This document shows positions 42,288 through 49,929 of a stretch of 49,929 bases of DNA, piece by piece. This DNA comes from a virus (lineage: Duplodnaviria; Caudoviricetes), in the IMG/VR virus record IMGVR_UViG_3300037424_000509, positions 1 to 49,929 of that record. One strand, written 5' to 3'. The notes beneath the pieces were generated by a model, which ran no database searches, was not told the DNA's origin, and saw nothing but the letters and a program-made list of their open reading frames with translations. The first letter of the stretch is position 1, and the number at the start of each line of letters is the position of its first letter. A program made the position numbers and the translations under genes.

Positions 42288-42421
42288 TGCGGGATCGGCG
42301 GGGATCGAACCCGCTCCTCCACCACTCATTCGCCTGTCATCGTAGCTGGCCTTGTCACAGCTCTTTGGACTTGATGGCAAGTAGAAAGCGGCGTTGTGCA
42401 GCCATTTACACCATCCTCCCG
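42288..42421 (-). ncRNA. tRNA-like RNA with long anticodon-arm insert and imperfect acceptor stem
   Basis: D arm GTGT-AAATGGCT-GCAC; T arm GCGGG-TTCGATC-CCCGC; anticodon stem CGCCG/TGGTG; intergenic. Confidence 0.65.
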
Positions 42422-42422
42422 A

Positions 42423-42668
42423 TTATTTCCTTTCTGAAAAATTACAAACAATCCCGAGCCGTTGTTCAAGGGCGAGTATCGCCTCTTTTTCAAGCCGTGA
42501 CTTACATTCGTCAGAAATAAATCCCTTTATTTCGACATTACCCAACCCTTCGACTTCGAGCGTTGCAGTAGAATAATTATTCTCCCACGCAACATGAGCC
42601 ATAAGTATTTTCATCCCTTCCCTCCTATGGTTGGAGTTCGGATTTCCAAGCATCATATTGATCAGCAC
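42423..42668 (-). CDS. Small hypothetical protein
   Basis: ORF track; likely start MKILMAH after AGGAGG. Confidence 0.55.
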   Translation of the reverse strand: MLINMMLGNPNSNHRREGMKILMAHVAWENNYSTATLEVEGLGNVEIKGFISDECKSRLEKEAILALEQRLGIVCNFSERK

Positions 42669-42686
42669 ATTTAATAAAATTTGCCA

Positions 42687-43115
42687 TCAGTATTTACTCT
42701 CCTGCACTCTCGTCTTTTTATAAATATTGATCCACTCTTTATAAGTATCATACATGTCGAAAAAATATTTATACTGCGCCCGCATCCGCTCCAGCTCGGA
42801 TTCTTCTTTGTGCAGCATGAATTTGATATGCTTAAACTTATCAGATCGAACGATCCCCACCGCAGCCAGTATGTCCTCGGTCATCTCACAGGCCAGCTTA
42901 TTGGCTTCCCGGTTGTAGGCTTGCGCCAGGTGGATCGCCTCGGTTCCGGCCAGGAGCTTTAATTCTGTAAGAATCTTAATGTTGACGGCCAGCTTAAATA
43001 ACTGGTCGTCAACATCAGTGGATCCCGCGATAACCTCCGTGGGATTTTTGACCATGATCAGTTTATTTTCCTGCTCCTGGATCTGTTCGATGATATTGTC
43101 AAGAGAGGGCAGCAT
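42687..43115 (-). CDS. Coiled-coil hypothetical protein
   Basis: 142 aa, TAATG-coupled. Confidence 0.65.
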   Translation of the reverse strand: MLPSLDNIIEQIQEQENKLIMVKNPTEVIAGSTDVDDQLFKLAVNIKILTELKLLAGTEAIHLAQAYNREANKLACEMTEDILAAVGIVRSDKFKHIKFMLHKEESELERMRAQYKYFFDMYDTYKEWINIYKKTRVQESKY

Positions 43116-43633
43116 TATTGCTCCGTTTGGCCGCTTTTAATCGAAACGACCTTGCCATCCTCGACGCCGAGATCATCTGGCTGGTCGCCGGTGGAATCGT
43201 TCGGCTCCTCCTCGCACGGCTCCCTATTCGGCTGCTCGTCGGCTTTCTCTACGGCCTCCTCCATTGGCTCCTGCGCTGTGGCCACTTCCCCCTGGGCCTT
43301 GACCCATTCTGCGATCATGGCATCATGAATATCAAACTGCCTAGTGAGCTTCTCCAACTCCTTGGCATCCATACGATTGACGGGGCCATAGAAAGCGAAC
43401 TCGGTAAACCCCAGCAGGAGTCCAATCGACCTAAAGATTACCTCGGCCTGCGAATGGTTTTCGTCACGCCTTGGGAAATGATCCCAGATGTGAATAGGTG
43501 GCCGGTCCCCGATCGCCGGCCTCTGCATGTGCAGAAACAATTCTCCGCACCGATCAACCAGCCAGATGGTCCAGCCTTGGATCCCCAGCCAGTACCCATA
43601 CAAAAAGTCATCTTTTCTCAGTTTCTCTAACAT
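43115..43633 (-). CDS. Hypothetical protein with acidic tail
   Basis: AAGGAG RBS, 172 aa. Confidence 0.65.
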   Translation of the reverse strand: MLEKLRKDDFLYGYWLGIQGWTIWLVDRCGELFLHMQRPAIGDRPPIHIWDHFPRRDENHSQAEVIFRSIGLLLGFTEFAFYGPVNRMDAKELEKLTRQFDIHDAMIAEWVKAQGEVATAQEPMEEAVEKADEQPNREPCEEEPNDSTGDQPDDLGVEDGKVVSIKSGQTEQ

Positions 43634-43648
43634 GTAAAATCTCCTTAG

Positions 43649-43945
43649 TTATGTTTTGTTTATACAAGGGCTTAGTTCTGAACAAACTTCGCTCAGAACA
43701 ACTTTTATGCTGATTAATTCATCCCGTAAGCGGCACAAGGCAAAGACATGATCCGGCAGTGTCCCGGTTGATATTTCTTTACAATCCTCACTGCCATTTT
43801 TGAGGACTGGTCCTATAACAGCTCCCCGGAGTGTATCTGACAGGTTGTGCATCTCATCAACAACACCGTTCACATCAGATAGTACAGATATCATCCGTTT
43901 GATAATAGGACCACAATCTGGTCCTTGATTCATTTTGTTTAGCAT
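43649..43945 (-). CDS. Hypothetical protein
   Basis: AAGGAG RBS, 98 aa. Confidence 0.6.
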   Translation of the reverse strand: MLNKMNQGPDCGPIIKRMISVLSDVNGVVDEMHNLSDTLRGAVIGPVLKNGSEDCKEISTGTLPDHVFALCRLRDELISIKVVLSEVCSELSPCINKT

Positions 43946-43966
43946 ATAAATCTCCTTTTTTTTTAA

Positions 43967-44251
43967 TTATGATTCAGGGTGATCCCCGGATAATTCCATT
44001 GCAGCCTGCAGATACCGCGCGGCATCGGTTTGATCGGGGATCATGACAAATAGTTTGATAACTATTGTGCTTACATTGTTTGAAGTAATACGGGCCATGC
44101 CCAAACTCTGCCACATGCCGCCGGAGCGGTGTACATCCAGCAGAAACTTGACCAGGGGAACGAACCCGATCAGGGTGTCGGCATAGATAGTGCCATCAAC
44201 TTGCTCATGGGCGTTGACAAGAGCGGATAAGACTTTTTTGGGATCGGGCAT
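43967..44251 (-). CDS. Hypothetical protein
   Basis: AGGAGG RBS, 94 aa. Confidence 0.6.
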   Translation of the reverse strand: MPDPKKVLSALVNAHEQVDGTIYADTLIGFVPLVKFLLDVHRSGGMWQSLGMARITSNNVSTIVIKLFVMIPDQTDAARYLQAAMELSGDHPES

Positions 44252-44389
44252 GTAACCCTCCTATAATTTCCGGTATCTCCCCCCGCGCCACTACCGTTAA
44301 AAGCGTGTGACGCGGGGGTGGCAGGCTGAACCGGATAACCTCGATATGCCTTGCGTTTAATCTCCTGGCTCTTGATATGCCTGAGATAT

Positions 44390-44462
44390 TAGCGGGGGCC
44401 GGATTCGAACCGACGTGACAGAGGGTATGAACCTCTTGAGGGACCAGCTCCTCAACCCCGCG
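44390..44462 (-). tRNA. tRNA-Met(CAT), initiator (fMet) type; CCA not encoded
   Basis: CGCGGGG-TT-GAGG-AGCTGGTC-CCTC-A-AGAGG-TTCATAC-CCTCT-GTCAC-GTCGG-TTCGAAT-CCGGC-CCCCGCT-A; C1xU72 mismatch and A11-U24. Confidence 0.9.
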
Positions 44463-44478
44463 ATCTTATATATCGTTC

Positions 44479-44694
44479 TCAACTCAACCGTTTCGGCCAA
44501 GTTGGAGTTACCAAAAATTGTAACGTATAAAAATGAACCATCATCTTTAACCACATGGGCGATTCACAATATGGCAAAGATCCAATGCTGTTTGAGAGAT
44601 ATTCCGTAAACATCATGATTTCCCGGACTGCAGCCGGAAGCTGCAAAAACGCATCAGCACACGAATCAATCCATTCATCAGGTATATACATCAT
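44479..44694 (-). CDS. Small hypothetical protein
   Basis: MMYIPDEWIDSCADAF...; ATGA-coupled to VRR-NUC. Confidence 0.4.
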   Translation of the reverse strand: MMYIPDEWIDSCADAFLQLPAAVREIMMFTEYLSNSIGSLPYCESPMWLKMMVHFYTLQFLVTPTWPKRLS

Positions 44695-45005
44695 ATTATG
44701 CACCCTGACTTCCGTAAAACTTCAATATAGGCTGCCAGCCCGTCGAGACCGTCCCTGACCTCTATCCAATGCCCCCTATGGGCGAGTATATCATCCCTGA
44801 ACTTTTCCTGATCCGCGCTCAACCGGTCGCCGTTTACCTTAACCTCAATCCATACGGTGATACTGTTTTTAGTAGCCACCAAGTCTGTGATCCCTGGATA
44901 GGAATGTTCTCCGCTCTTGCTTCGGCCTTCGACGTTTGGTACAACAAACCACTTGGACCATTCCAAGAACTCCGTCACCATGCGCTTGAGTGCCGTGTGA
45001 GTCAT
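44691..45005 (-). CDS. VRR-NUC domain nuclease (PD-(D/E)xK)
   Basis: PGITDLV...VWIEVK...RLSADQEKF. Confidence 0.85.
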   Translation of the reverse strand: MTHTALKRMVTEFLEWSKWFVVPNVEGRSKSGEHSYPGITDLVATKNSITVWIEVKVNGDRLSADQEKFRDDILAHRGHWIEVRDGLDGLAAYIEVLRKSGCII

Positions 45006-45190
45006 GATACTTTTAGGTCCATAGCCAATTTGGCCAGTATGGTTTTGGCCGTATCCAATTGGGTGAGGACCGGCAGCACGTCCACCAAGGTGTTCGGGCT
45101 CTTGGAGTGTTTGCGGATCACGGCTTTCATGGCCACGATCCGGTGTGACATTTCCTCAAGTTCTAGTTTAATTTCAGGTATGCTGGTCAT
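45002..45190 (-). CDS. Small hypothetical protein
   Basis: 62 aa, ATGA-coupled to the portal gene. Confidence 0.55.
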   Translation of the reverse strand: MTSIPEIKLELEEMSHRIVAMKAVIRKHSKSPNTLVDVLPVLTQLDTAKTILAKLAMDLKVS

Positions 45191-46908
45191 AGGTCTTGCC
45201 CTGTCAGTAAGGTCCGCGCCCGTATGGACTCCTTTGCTTTTCCCAGGTCGCCCATAGCCTCCTCGATCGCTCCGTCCAGATCATTGCCAGAATCACTAGA
45301 TTCACCAGTACCACCAGACCCAGGAGTTTGATCATCTGCCATTTCTTCATCTCCGTAACCTCCCATGTCGTTATCGACCTCCGGCGCACCCTCGCCCTGT
45401 TGTTGGTTCTGCTGCATCATCTGTTGGTATTGTACCCAGACACTATCAAGAATGACCTTGCCCTGCCCATCCGGGAGCGGCGGCAGATCGTCCTCGGCCC
45501 TGATCTCGTCAACGGTCATGTACGTCTTGACCCTTTCAGACTTGCTTTTCTGCTCAAATTCCTTGTCCTGCGGCTCAAGGCCTGTGTATTCAAACATGTA
45601 TTTATCGGCCCAGCCGCCAAGAGTGAGAATTTTATTATTGATATTTGCCAGAAACCCCAAGAGATCAATGAGGCCGCGGTCTTTCGAGAATTGCTGTCGT
45701 CCGTTTGCGTTTTCGGTGAGTGCGCTGGTGGTGCTGAAAAACTTTAAGCCTGCTTCCATGAGATCGAACCCAAATATGGCCCCAATCAGGCTGGCCGTAA
45801 ACTCCAGATATTTTTGGTACTCCATGTCCCTGTTAGACTTCATGAAGTCCAGAATCGATACTTTACCATTGAGCATCGGGATCCGGTAGGCTCCCTGGAC
45901 CCCGGAGAAATTAGCCATCCACTGCTCTTGCAGATCGGATAGCGCATCCACGTCATAATCCCCGGTCTCGAAGGCCAAGCCGACTTTTGGTATAGTAGAA
46001 CTACTGAACGCCTGTGCGTTATATGCCATAGCAAATAGAAAGGCAGTGAGCACGTTCATGGCCTGCTCAGTACAAGAATAGCCATAACCGGCATATCGAA
46101 CGTCCACCCTTTTATTCATGAAATCGAAGATAAGATCCTGCTGCCGGAAGGCGGCGCACAGCCTTCCGTCTATCTCCTGGACAAATCGAACCTCATCCAG
46201 AGGCGGAATGTTTTCTAATTTAGCTGCAGCCAACTTATTGGAAAAGTCATCATTCATCATGACAGCTCTGGGATCAAAGTCGGACTTGCTACCGCGATAT
46301 CCCCCAGGGACTACCCTTTTAATAGTGCTGCCGTCAACCGACCAAAAGTCAACGAGCCTGCCTTTTTGATCCCGGCGCAACTCAATAGCCACTTTGTCGA
46401 TTGTGTATGCCTCCCTGGTGATTTTTTGCATATAATCAAGCAAGTTGTCCTCACGCTCTACAGCCTCCGGGAAGTCATTGCGCCCCGTGTTTAAAAACCA
46501 CTCCTCAAGCCAAGCCATTTCCTTGCGTTCGTCTTTTGATGGGTTTTTTTCCTCATTTTTCATCTTGATGCGAAAACCAGGAACCTCTTGATCACGCGAT
46601 GGTTTTGCAAAAGGACGCTCCTGCCGGATCCGATCATTGACAATCGTGGATATTACCGGATTGCGCTCCTCACACATGCGGAGTTTGTTGTCGGGGATAT
46701 ATTGAAATTGCTCTTTAATGCCCCTCGATGTGTATAATTCCATTTGGCTTTCAAGTAAGGCCCGGATCGGGACCAGTTGTTTTCCGCCTGCTGTGCCAGG
46801 GATTTTCTTATCACTCTTGGCCTTCATCATCCCTAGGTGGCCCACCAGTTGATCTATGCTGATGTCTAAAAACTTAGCTGTCTGTTCGAGAAACTCTTGA
46901 TTCTCCAT
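45187..46908 (-). CDS. Portal protein
   Basis: VDGSTI, GYGYSCTE, SNRDMEYQKYLEF, SKDRGL, MTVDEIRAEDDLPPL.DG.G; directly after the terminase. Confidence 0.9.
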   Translation of the reverse strand: MENQEFLEQTAKFLDISIDQLVGHLGMMKAKSDKKIPGTAGGKQLVPIRALLESQMELYTSRGIKEQFQYIPDNKLRMCEERNPVISTIVNDRIRQERPFAKPSRDQEVPGFRIKMKNEEKNPSKDERKEMAWLEEWFLNTGRNDFPEAVEREDNLLDYMQKITREAYTIDKVAIELRRDQKGRLVDFWSVDGSTIKRVVPGGYRGSKSDFDPRAVMMNDDFSNKLAAAKLENIPPLDEVRFVQEIDGRLCAAFRQQDLIFDFMNKRVDVRYAGYGYSCTEQAMNVLTAFLFAMAYNAQAFSSSTIPKVGLAFETGDYDVDALSDLQEQWMANFSGVQGAYRIPMLNGKVSILDFMKSNRDMEYQKYLEFTASLIGAIFGFDLMEAGLKFFSTTSALTENANGRQQFSKDRGLIDLLGFLANINNKILTLGGWADKYMFEYTGLEPQDKEFEQKSKSERVKTYMTVDEIRAEDDLPPLPDGQGKVILDSVWVQYQQMMQQNQQQGEGAPEVDNDMGGYGDEEMADDQTPGSGGTGESSDSGNDLDGAIEEAMGDLGKAKESIRARTLLTGQDL

Positions 46909-46987
46909 TTGCGTTACCTGCTTGTCAATGCGTGTTCTTGCCGTCGTTTCTGACGCACTTTGATTTCTGTTAAAAATTCAGACCTCA

Positions 46988-48424
46988 CTAGCTTCTGCCC
47001 CTTATTACTCCAGGCACCCGCCGTTTGATTTTTTCTATCTCTTGTTGAAACTGCTCCCGGTCGCTCACCATGGCCTTGGCCGCCTTCTCTTTATAACCCT
47101 TTTGCATAATGACCCCCGGCGATCGCAGGATCGGGAATACCCGCAAGCTCATATACCGTACAACGTCAGGGCCGTGGTCATCCTCTTTCACGACCTCCCG
47201 GTCTTTTGCCATGCGGGTCGCGGGATCCGCCCACTTATATGCGTAAAATTCTGTAATAAGTGCCTTGCATGATCTGAATATCTTGATATTTGGCCTAGTC
47301 TTGTTTTCATCGAAATGTAAAAGGTCAGCAACATGATCAATTCCCTTTAAAACCTCTTTGTCGGCAGGGACCGTAACAATACCGTTTTCTAACAAGGTAG
47401 CCCGATCCTCGGCGTCGTGGTCGGCAACCGTCCAACTTATATGTTCATCCCCCGTCATCGCCTTTATGATCTCGGAGTGCCGGCGGACAGTTGTTTGCCC
47501 TAAGTAGTGCTCACGATAAAAATACAGGATGTCATTGCTCGCATCATACGCCGCCCAAAGGCAGCAGAACGGGTGCGGATGATATCCAAAGTCAATGCCC
47601 CTAAATCGTTTCCAATCAGCCGGGATCTCAAAATCATCGACAATATGGACTTCCTCATCCAGGTGATAGACCAAGCCCTCATACTCTCCATATTCCCCGA
47701 AATAAAACCGTTTCTTGAGTGCCGGTGACATGGCCCGGAGCGTCTCAATATACCCCTCTGCAAGGTTGGCTTCGTTATCCTCCGGCTGGAAATGTAGGTG
47801 TGCATAGCGATGAAAGTCTTCTTTGGGATTTCCAGTGATGGGATCCATTCCCATCCGGAACAGCACGTTGGTCCAGTTGTTCTTGACCGTGGGGTTGAGG
47901 TCGCATATAAACTTGAGCGAAATCGGATTGCCGTCCTCGTCTTTGGCCGTGTCATTAAGCCTGGACAGAAGGGGTTCAATGTGGTTATACTTGTTTTCAT
48001 TGGCCTCAGTTATAAATATGGTCGCATACTCTGCAGCCAGCACAGAATCTATCCGACTCGGCTCCAGGCCCCCCAGAACTACCAAGGAACCGTTGTTATA
48101 CTTTATAATGCCTTCATTCTCATTTATCCTGCAAAGCCCTAGTTTTTCGTCTTTCCGGGCTAGGGGCAGGATCGTTTGTAGCCATATCGTTTTCTTTGCG
48201 TTCGCAAAACTGTACCGGGCTATCAGGTGCTTGCTGCCAGCAAAGTGTCTGGCCCTATACAGAATGAAATAAACCGCCAGAAATGTCTTGCCAGACCGAC
48301 TGCCACCAAAGAATAATATAAATTTCTTGGTGAAATCGGATAACAGCTTGACCCCATCAATCTGCTTTGGATTCCACTCAACCTTGGGGTCTTGTCTCGG
48401 CTTGTTGTTTGCCTTTCCAGCCAT
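46988..48424 (-). CDS. terL: Terminase large subunit
   Basis: Walker A FGGSRSGKT, IFITEA, DLNP, nuclease RGIDFG...EDDHGPDVVRY. Confidence 0.95.
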   Translation of the reverse strand: MAGKANNKPRQDPKVEWNPKQIDGVKLLSDFTKKFILFFGGSRSGKTFLAVYFILYRARHFAGSKHLIARYSFANAKKTIWLQTILPLARKDEKLGLCRINENEGIIKYNNGSLVVLGGLEPSRIDSVLAAEYATIFITEANENKYNHIEPLLSRLNDTAKDEDGNPISLKFICDLNPTVKNNWTNVLFRMGMDPITGNPKEDFHRYAHLHFQPEDNEANLAEGYIETLRAMSPALKKRFYFGEYGEYEGLVYHLDEEVHIVDDFEIPADWKRFRGIDFGYHPHPFCCLWAAYDASNDILYFYREHYLGQTTVRRHSEIIKAMTGDEHISWTVADHDAEDRATLLENGIVTVPADKEVLKGIDHVADLLHFDENKTRPNIKIFRSCKALITEFYAYKWADPATRMAKDREVVKEDDHGPDVVRYMSLRVFPILRSPGVIMQKGYKEKAAKAMVSDREQFQQEIEKIKRRVPGVIRGRS

Positions 48425-48974
48425 CTGTCAACGGTGCTTCAACATATATAATATCCCCGTTATGCACATCCCCGTCACTATACAGGCCCAGGATCTTGGC
48501 CAGTTGCTCAAGGGCCTTGTTCTTATCATGCATATCCATCTGCATGGTGATGGTTTCTGTCGTGTCGCCATCCTTGGATGTCCGGATCTCGCGTTTCATG
48601 CGTACCGACTTGACGGCGCGAGTATCTTTGCCCTTGGATGAATAAAAATATACCCCGTCCTGATCCCATTCCATGAAATTGGATAAATCAGAACGTCCGA
48701 TGACTTCCAGCTCATTCCGAACGATGAACTTGAGCGTAGCAGCGTCTCCGTCCAGAATTTCATGACAAAGCTCGGTCAGAGCTGCCTGAACCTTAGTATT
48801 ACTTAGCAGTTTACTTGCATTTACCTCAGCCGTGGCCTGTTTGCATCTCGGATTGATAGCCTGATATGCCCGCGCCCCATTACACCCTTGCTGGATATAA
48901 TGGTGCAGAAATATCTTTTGTTTGGCTGTGATCTGGTCAATCGCCCTGGGTTTGTCTTTATTTTCGGTATCCAT
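48378..48974 (-). CDS. terS: Terminase small subunit
   Basis: ITAKQKIFLHHY...NGARAY...TAEVNASKLLSNTKV; MHDKNKALEQLAKILG. Confidence 0.9.
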   Translation of the reverse strand: MDTENKDKPRAIDQITAKQKIFLHHYIQQGCNGARAYQAINPRCKQATAEVNASKLLSNTKVQAALTELCHEILDGDAATLKFIVRNELEVIGRSDLSNFMEWDQDGVYFYSSKGKDTRAVKSVRMKREIRTSKDGDTTETITMQMDMHDKNKALEQLAKILGLYSDGDVHNGDIIYVEAPLTDGWKGKQQAETRPQG

Positions 48975-48983
48975 ATTCTTTTT

Positions 48984-49574
48984 TCAGTCTTTTACAAAAT
49001 CCATGATCTTTGGAATACTTAATACACCCTCTACCAGTTCAATGCTGGTAGGAGTCACGATAACGCTTACATGCGGATGGTATTTCTCGTTGATAAGTTT
49101 CAATAATGGCGTTGCCGCTTCTTTGAGTTGCTGCCATTCGGCATCCAATGATTGCTGATTCGACATAGGCACAATGTCGCTGATCCGAAGATCCTGGCCT
49201 TCTTGCTCTCCGAAAGACTTTATTCTCTCATCAGCGTTGGGACCAAGGCCAATTCCAACACTCAATAATTCAAGGTCGGTTATTTTAATAACACCACCGT
49301 CCTTGTAGGATCTGCGAATAAAGAAATTGACGGCGGGGGTTAAAGATTTTAACAACTTCTCTGCGATTCCTTGCTGCAGGCTAATATCCGCAATTATCTT
49401 GTCATTTTCTCTCCACAGTCTGGCCTGACCTACGGTGTTACTCAGATCAAAGCATAAAGTTACCGGCAGAGTAGCGGGAATAGTGCAACGATCGTCTAAG
49501 ACAATAGCCTCCCCGTCACTGTTCGTGGTCCCATCGGCTATTAAGACGGTTCGTGTAATTTTAATCTCGTTCAC
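48984..49574 (-). CDS. Degenerate prohead-protease-like protein fused to a short C-terminal domain
   Basis: SDGEAI, PVTLCFD...VG, ELLSVGI...PNAD pattern; expected catalytic His/Ser positions appear substituted. Confidence 0.45.
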   Translation of the reverse strand: MNEIKITRTVLIADGTTNSDGEAIVLDDRCTIPATLPVTLCFDLSNTVGQARLWRENDKIIADISLQQGIAEKLLKSLTPAVNFFIRRSYKDGGVIKITDLELLSVGIGLGPNADERIKSFGEQEGQDLRISDIVPMSNQQSLDAEWQQLKEAATPLLKLINEKYHPHVSVIVTPTSIELVEGVLSIPKIMDFVKD

Positions 49575-49819
49575 GGCTTCCAGCCCTCCCCTTCCGGCGT
49601 CTCCAGGATGTCCTTGTCAAATTCCCCCGCGGCGAACTTTTCCAGGGCCTCGCGGTTTTCCAGGATGGCTTTGACCTTGGCGCGACTGATACTGAACCCG
49701 CCTTTCATGAAATTCCCCTTGATCCGGACCATGGGCTTCCCCTTGAACGGGTAGTAATAGGCAATCTCGGGCTTGATTTCCGCCTGGGCCTGCGGCTGCT
49801 CTATCTGTACTCTTGCCAT
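49571..49819 (-). CDS. Small hypothetical protein (possible PC4-like fold)
   Basis: AGGGGG RBS; FKGKPMVRI...GFSISRAKVKAILEN. Confidence 0.55.
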   Translation of the reverse strand: MARVQIEQPQAQAEIKPEIAYYYPFKGKPMVRIKGNFMKGGFSISRAKVKAILENREALEKFAAGEFDKDILETPEGEGWKP

Positions 49820-49831
49820 AGTGATCCCCCT

Positions 49832-49929
49832 TTAATGTACGGACGCCGCGGCAGCGGAAGCTTGGGCCGCTGCGGGCGGAACAGGCGATTTAGCCTCGTC
49901 CTTCTTCGCGTTCTTGGCATCCTCCGCAG
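49832..49929 (-). CDS. 3' end of an upstream gene (partial)
   Basis: ...AEDAKNAKKDEAKSPVPPAAAQASAAAASVH*. Confidence 0.5.
   Translation of the reverse strand, partial: AEDAKNAKKDEAKSPVPPAAAQASAAAASVH

Noticed and set aside
42288-42421. tRNA-like element as tmRNA
   Set aside because: Far too short, has a paired D stem, and lacks the G3-U70 alanine identity pair and a tag reading frame
44357-44609. ORFs 44357..44554 and 44415..44609
   Set aside because: Both overlap the well-formed tRNA-Met gene

Overview
The window is a segment of a tailed dsDNA bacteriophage (or prophage) genome. Most genes are on the minus strand, so it reads right to left. The order is: terminase small and large subunits, portal, then about 10 kb of accessory genes (VRR-NUC nuclease, initiator-type tRNA-Met, a degenerate tRNA-like RNA, a stand-alone NrdD-type glycyl-radical peptide, two DNA methyltransferases, a MuF-like head protein, a HAD phosphatase). 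Three giant proteins follow (1261, 777 and 2278 aa, the last DarB-like), then a Com-like Zn finger, prohead protease, scaffold and an SPO1/K-type major capsid protein. The left ~18 kb is visibly more AT-rich. It holds surface/membrane genes, a plus-strand IbrA/IbrB-like module, divergent sigma70-type promoters, recombination/replication genes and a mosaic array of small genes. I recognise no neck, tail, integrase, reverse transcriptase or CRISPR genes. The most striking observations are: (1) an HNH-type endonuclease gene overprinted in another frame inside a 435-nt, repeat-flanked, stop-free insertion in a DNA methyltransferase; (2) a ~30-aa tag repeated five times across the three giant proteins, usually right after an LxKA motif, suggesting protease-processed capsid-cargo polyproteins; (3) attenuator-like leaders sharing an identical 15-mer in front of both the replication initiator and the prohead protease; (4) a small-gene cassette array with shared boundary sequences; (5) a tRNA-like RNA with a 57-nt structured anticodon-loop insert. 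All family assignments come from motif recognition by eye, not from database searches.
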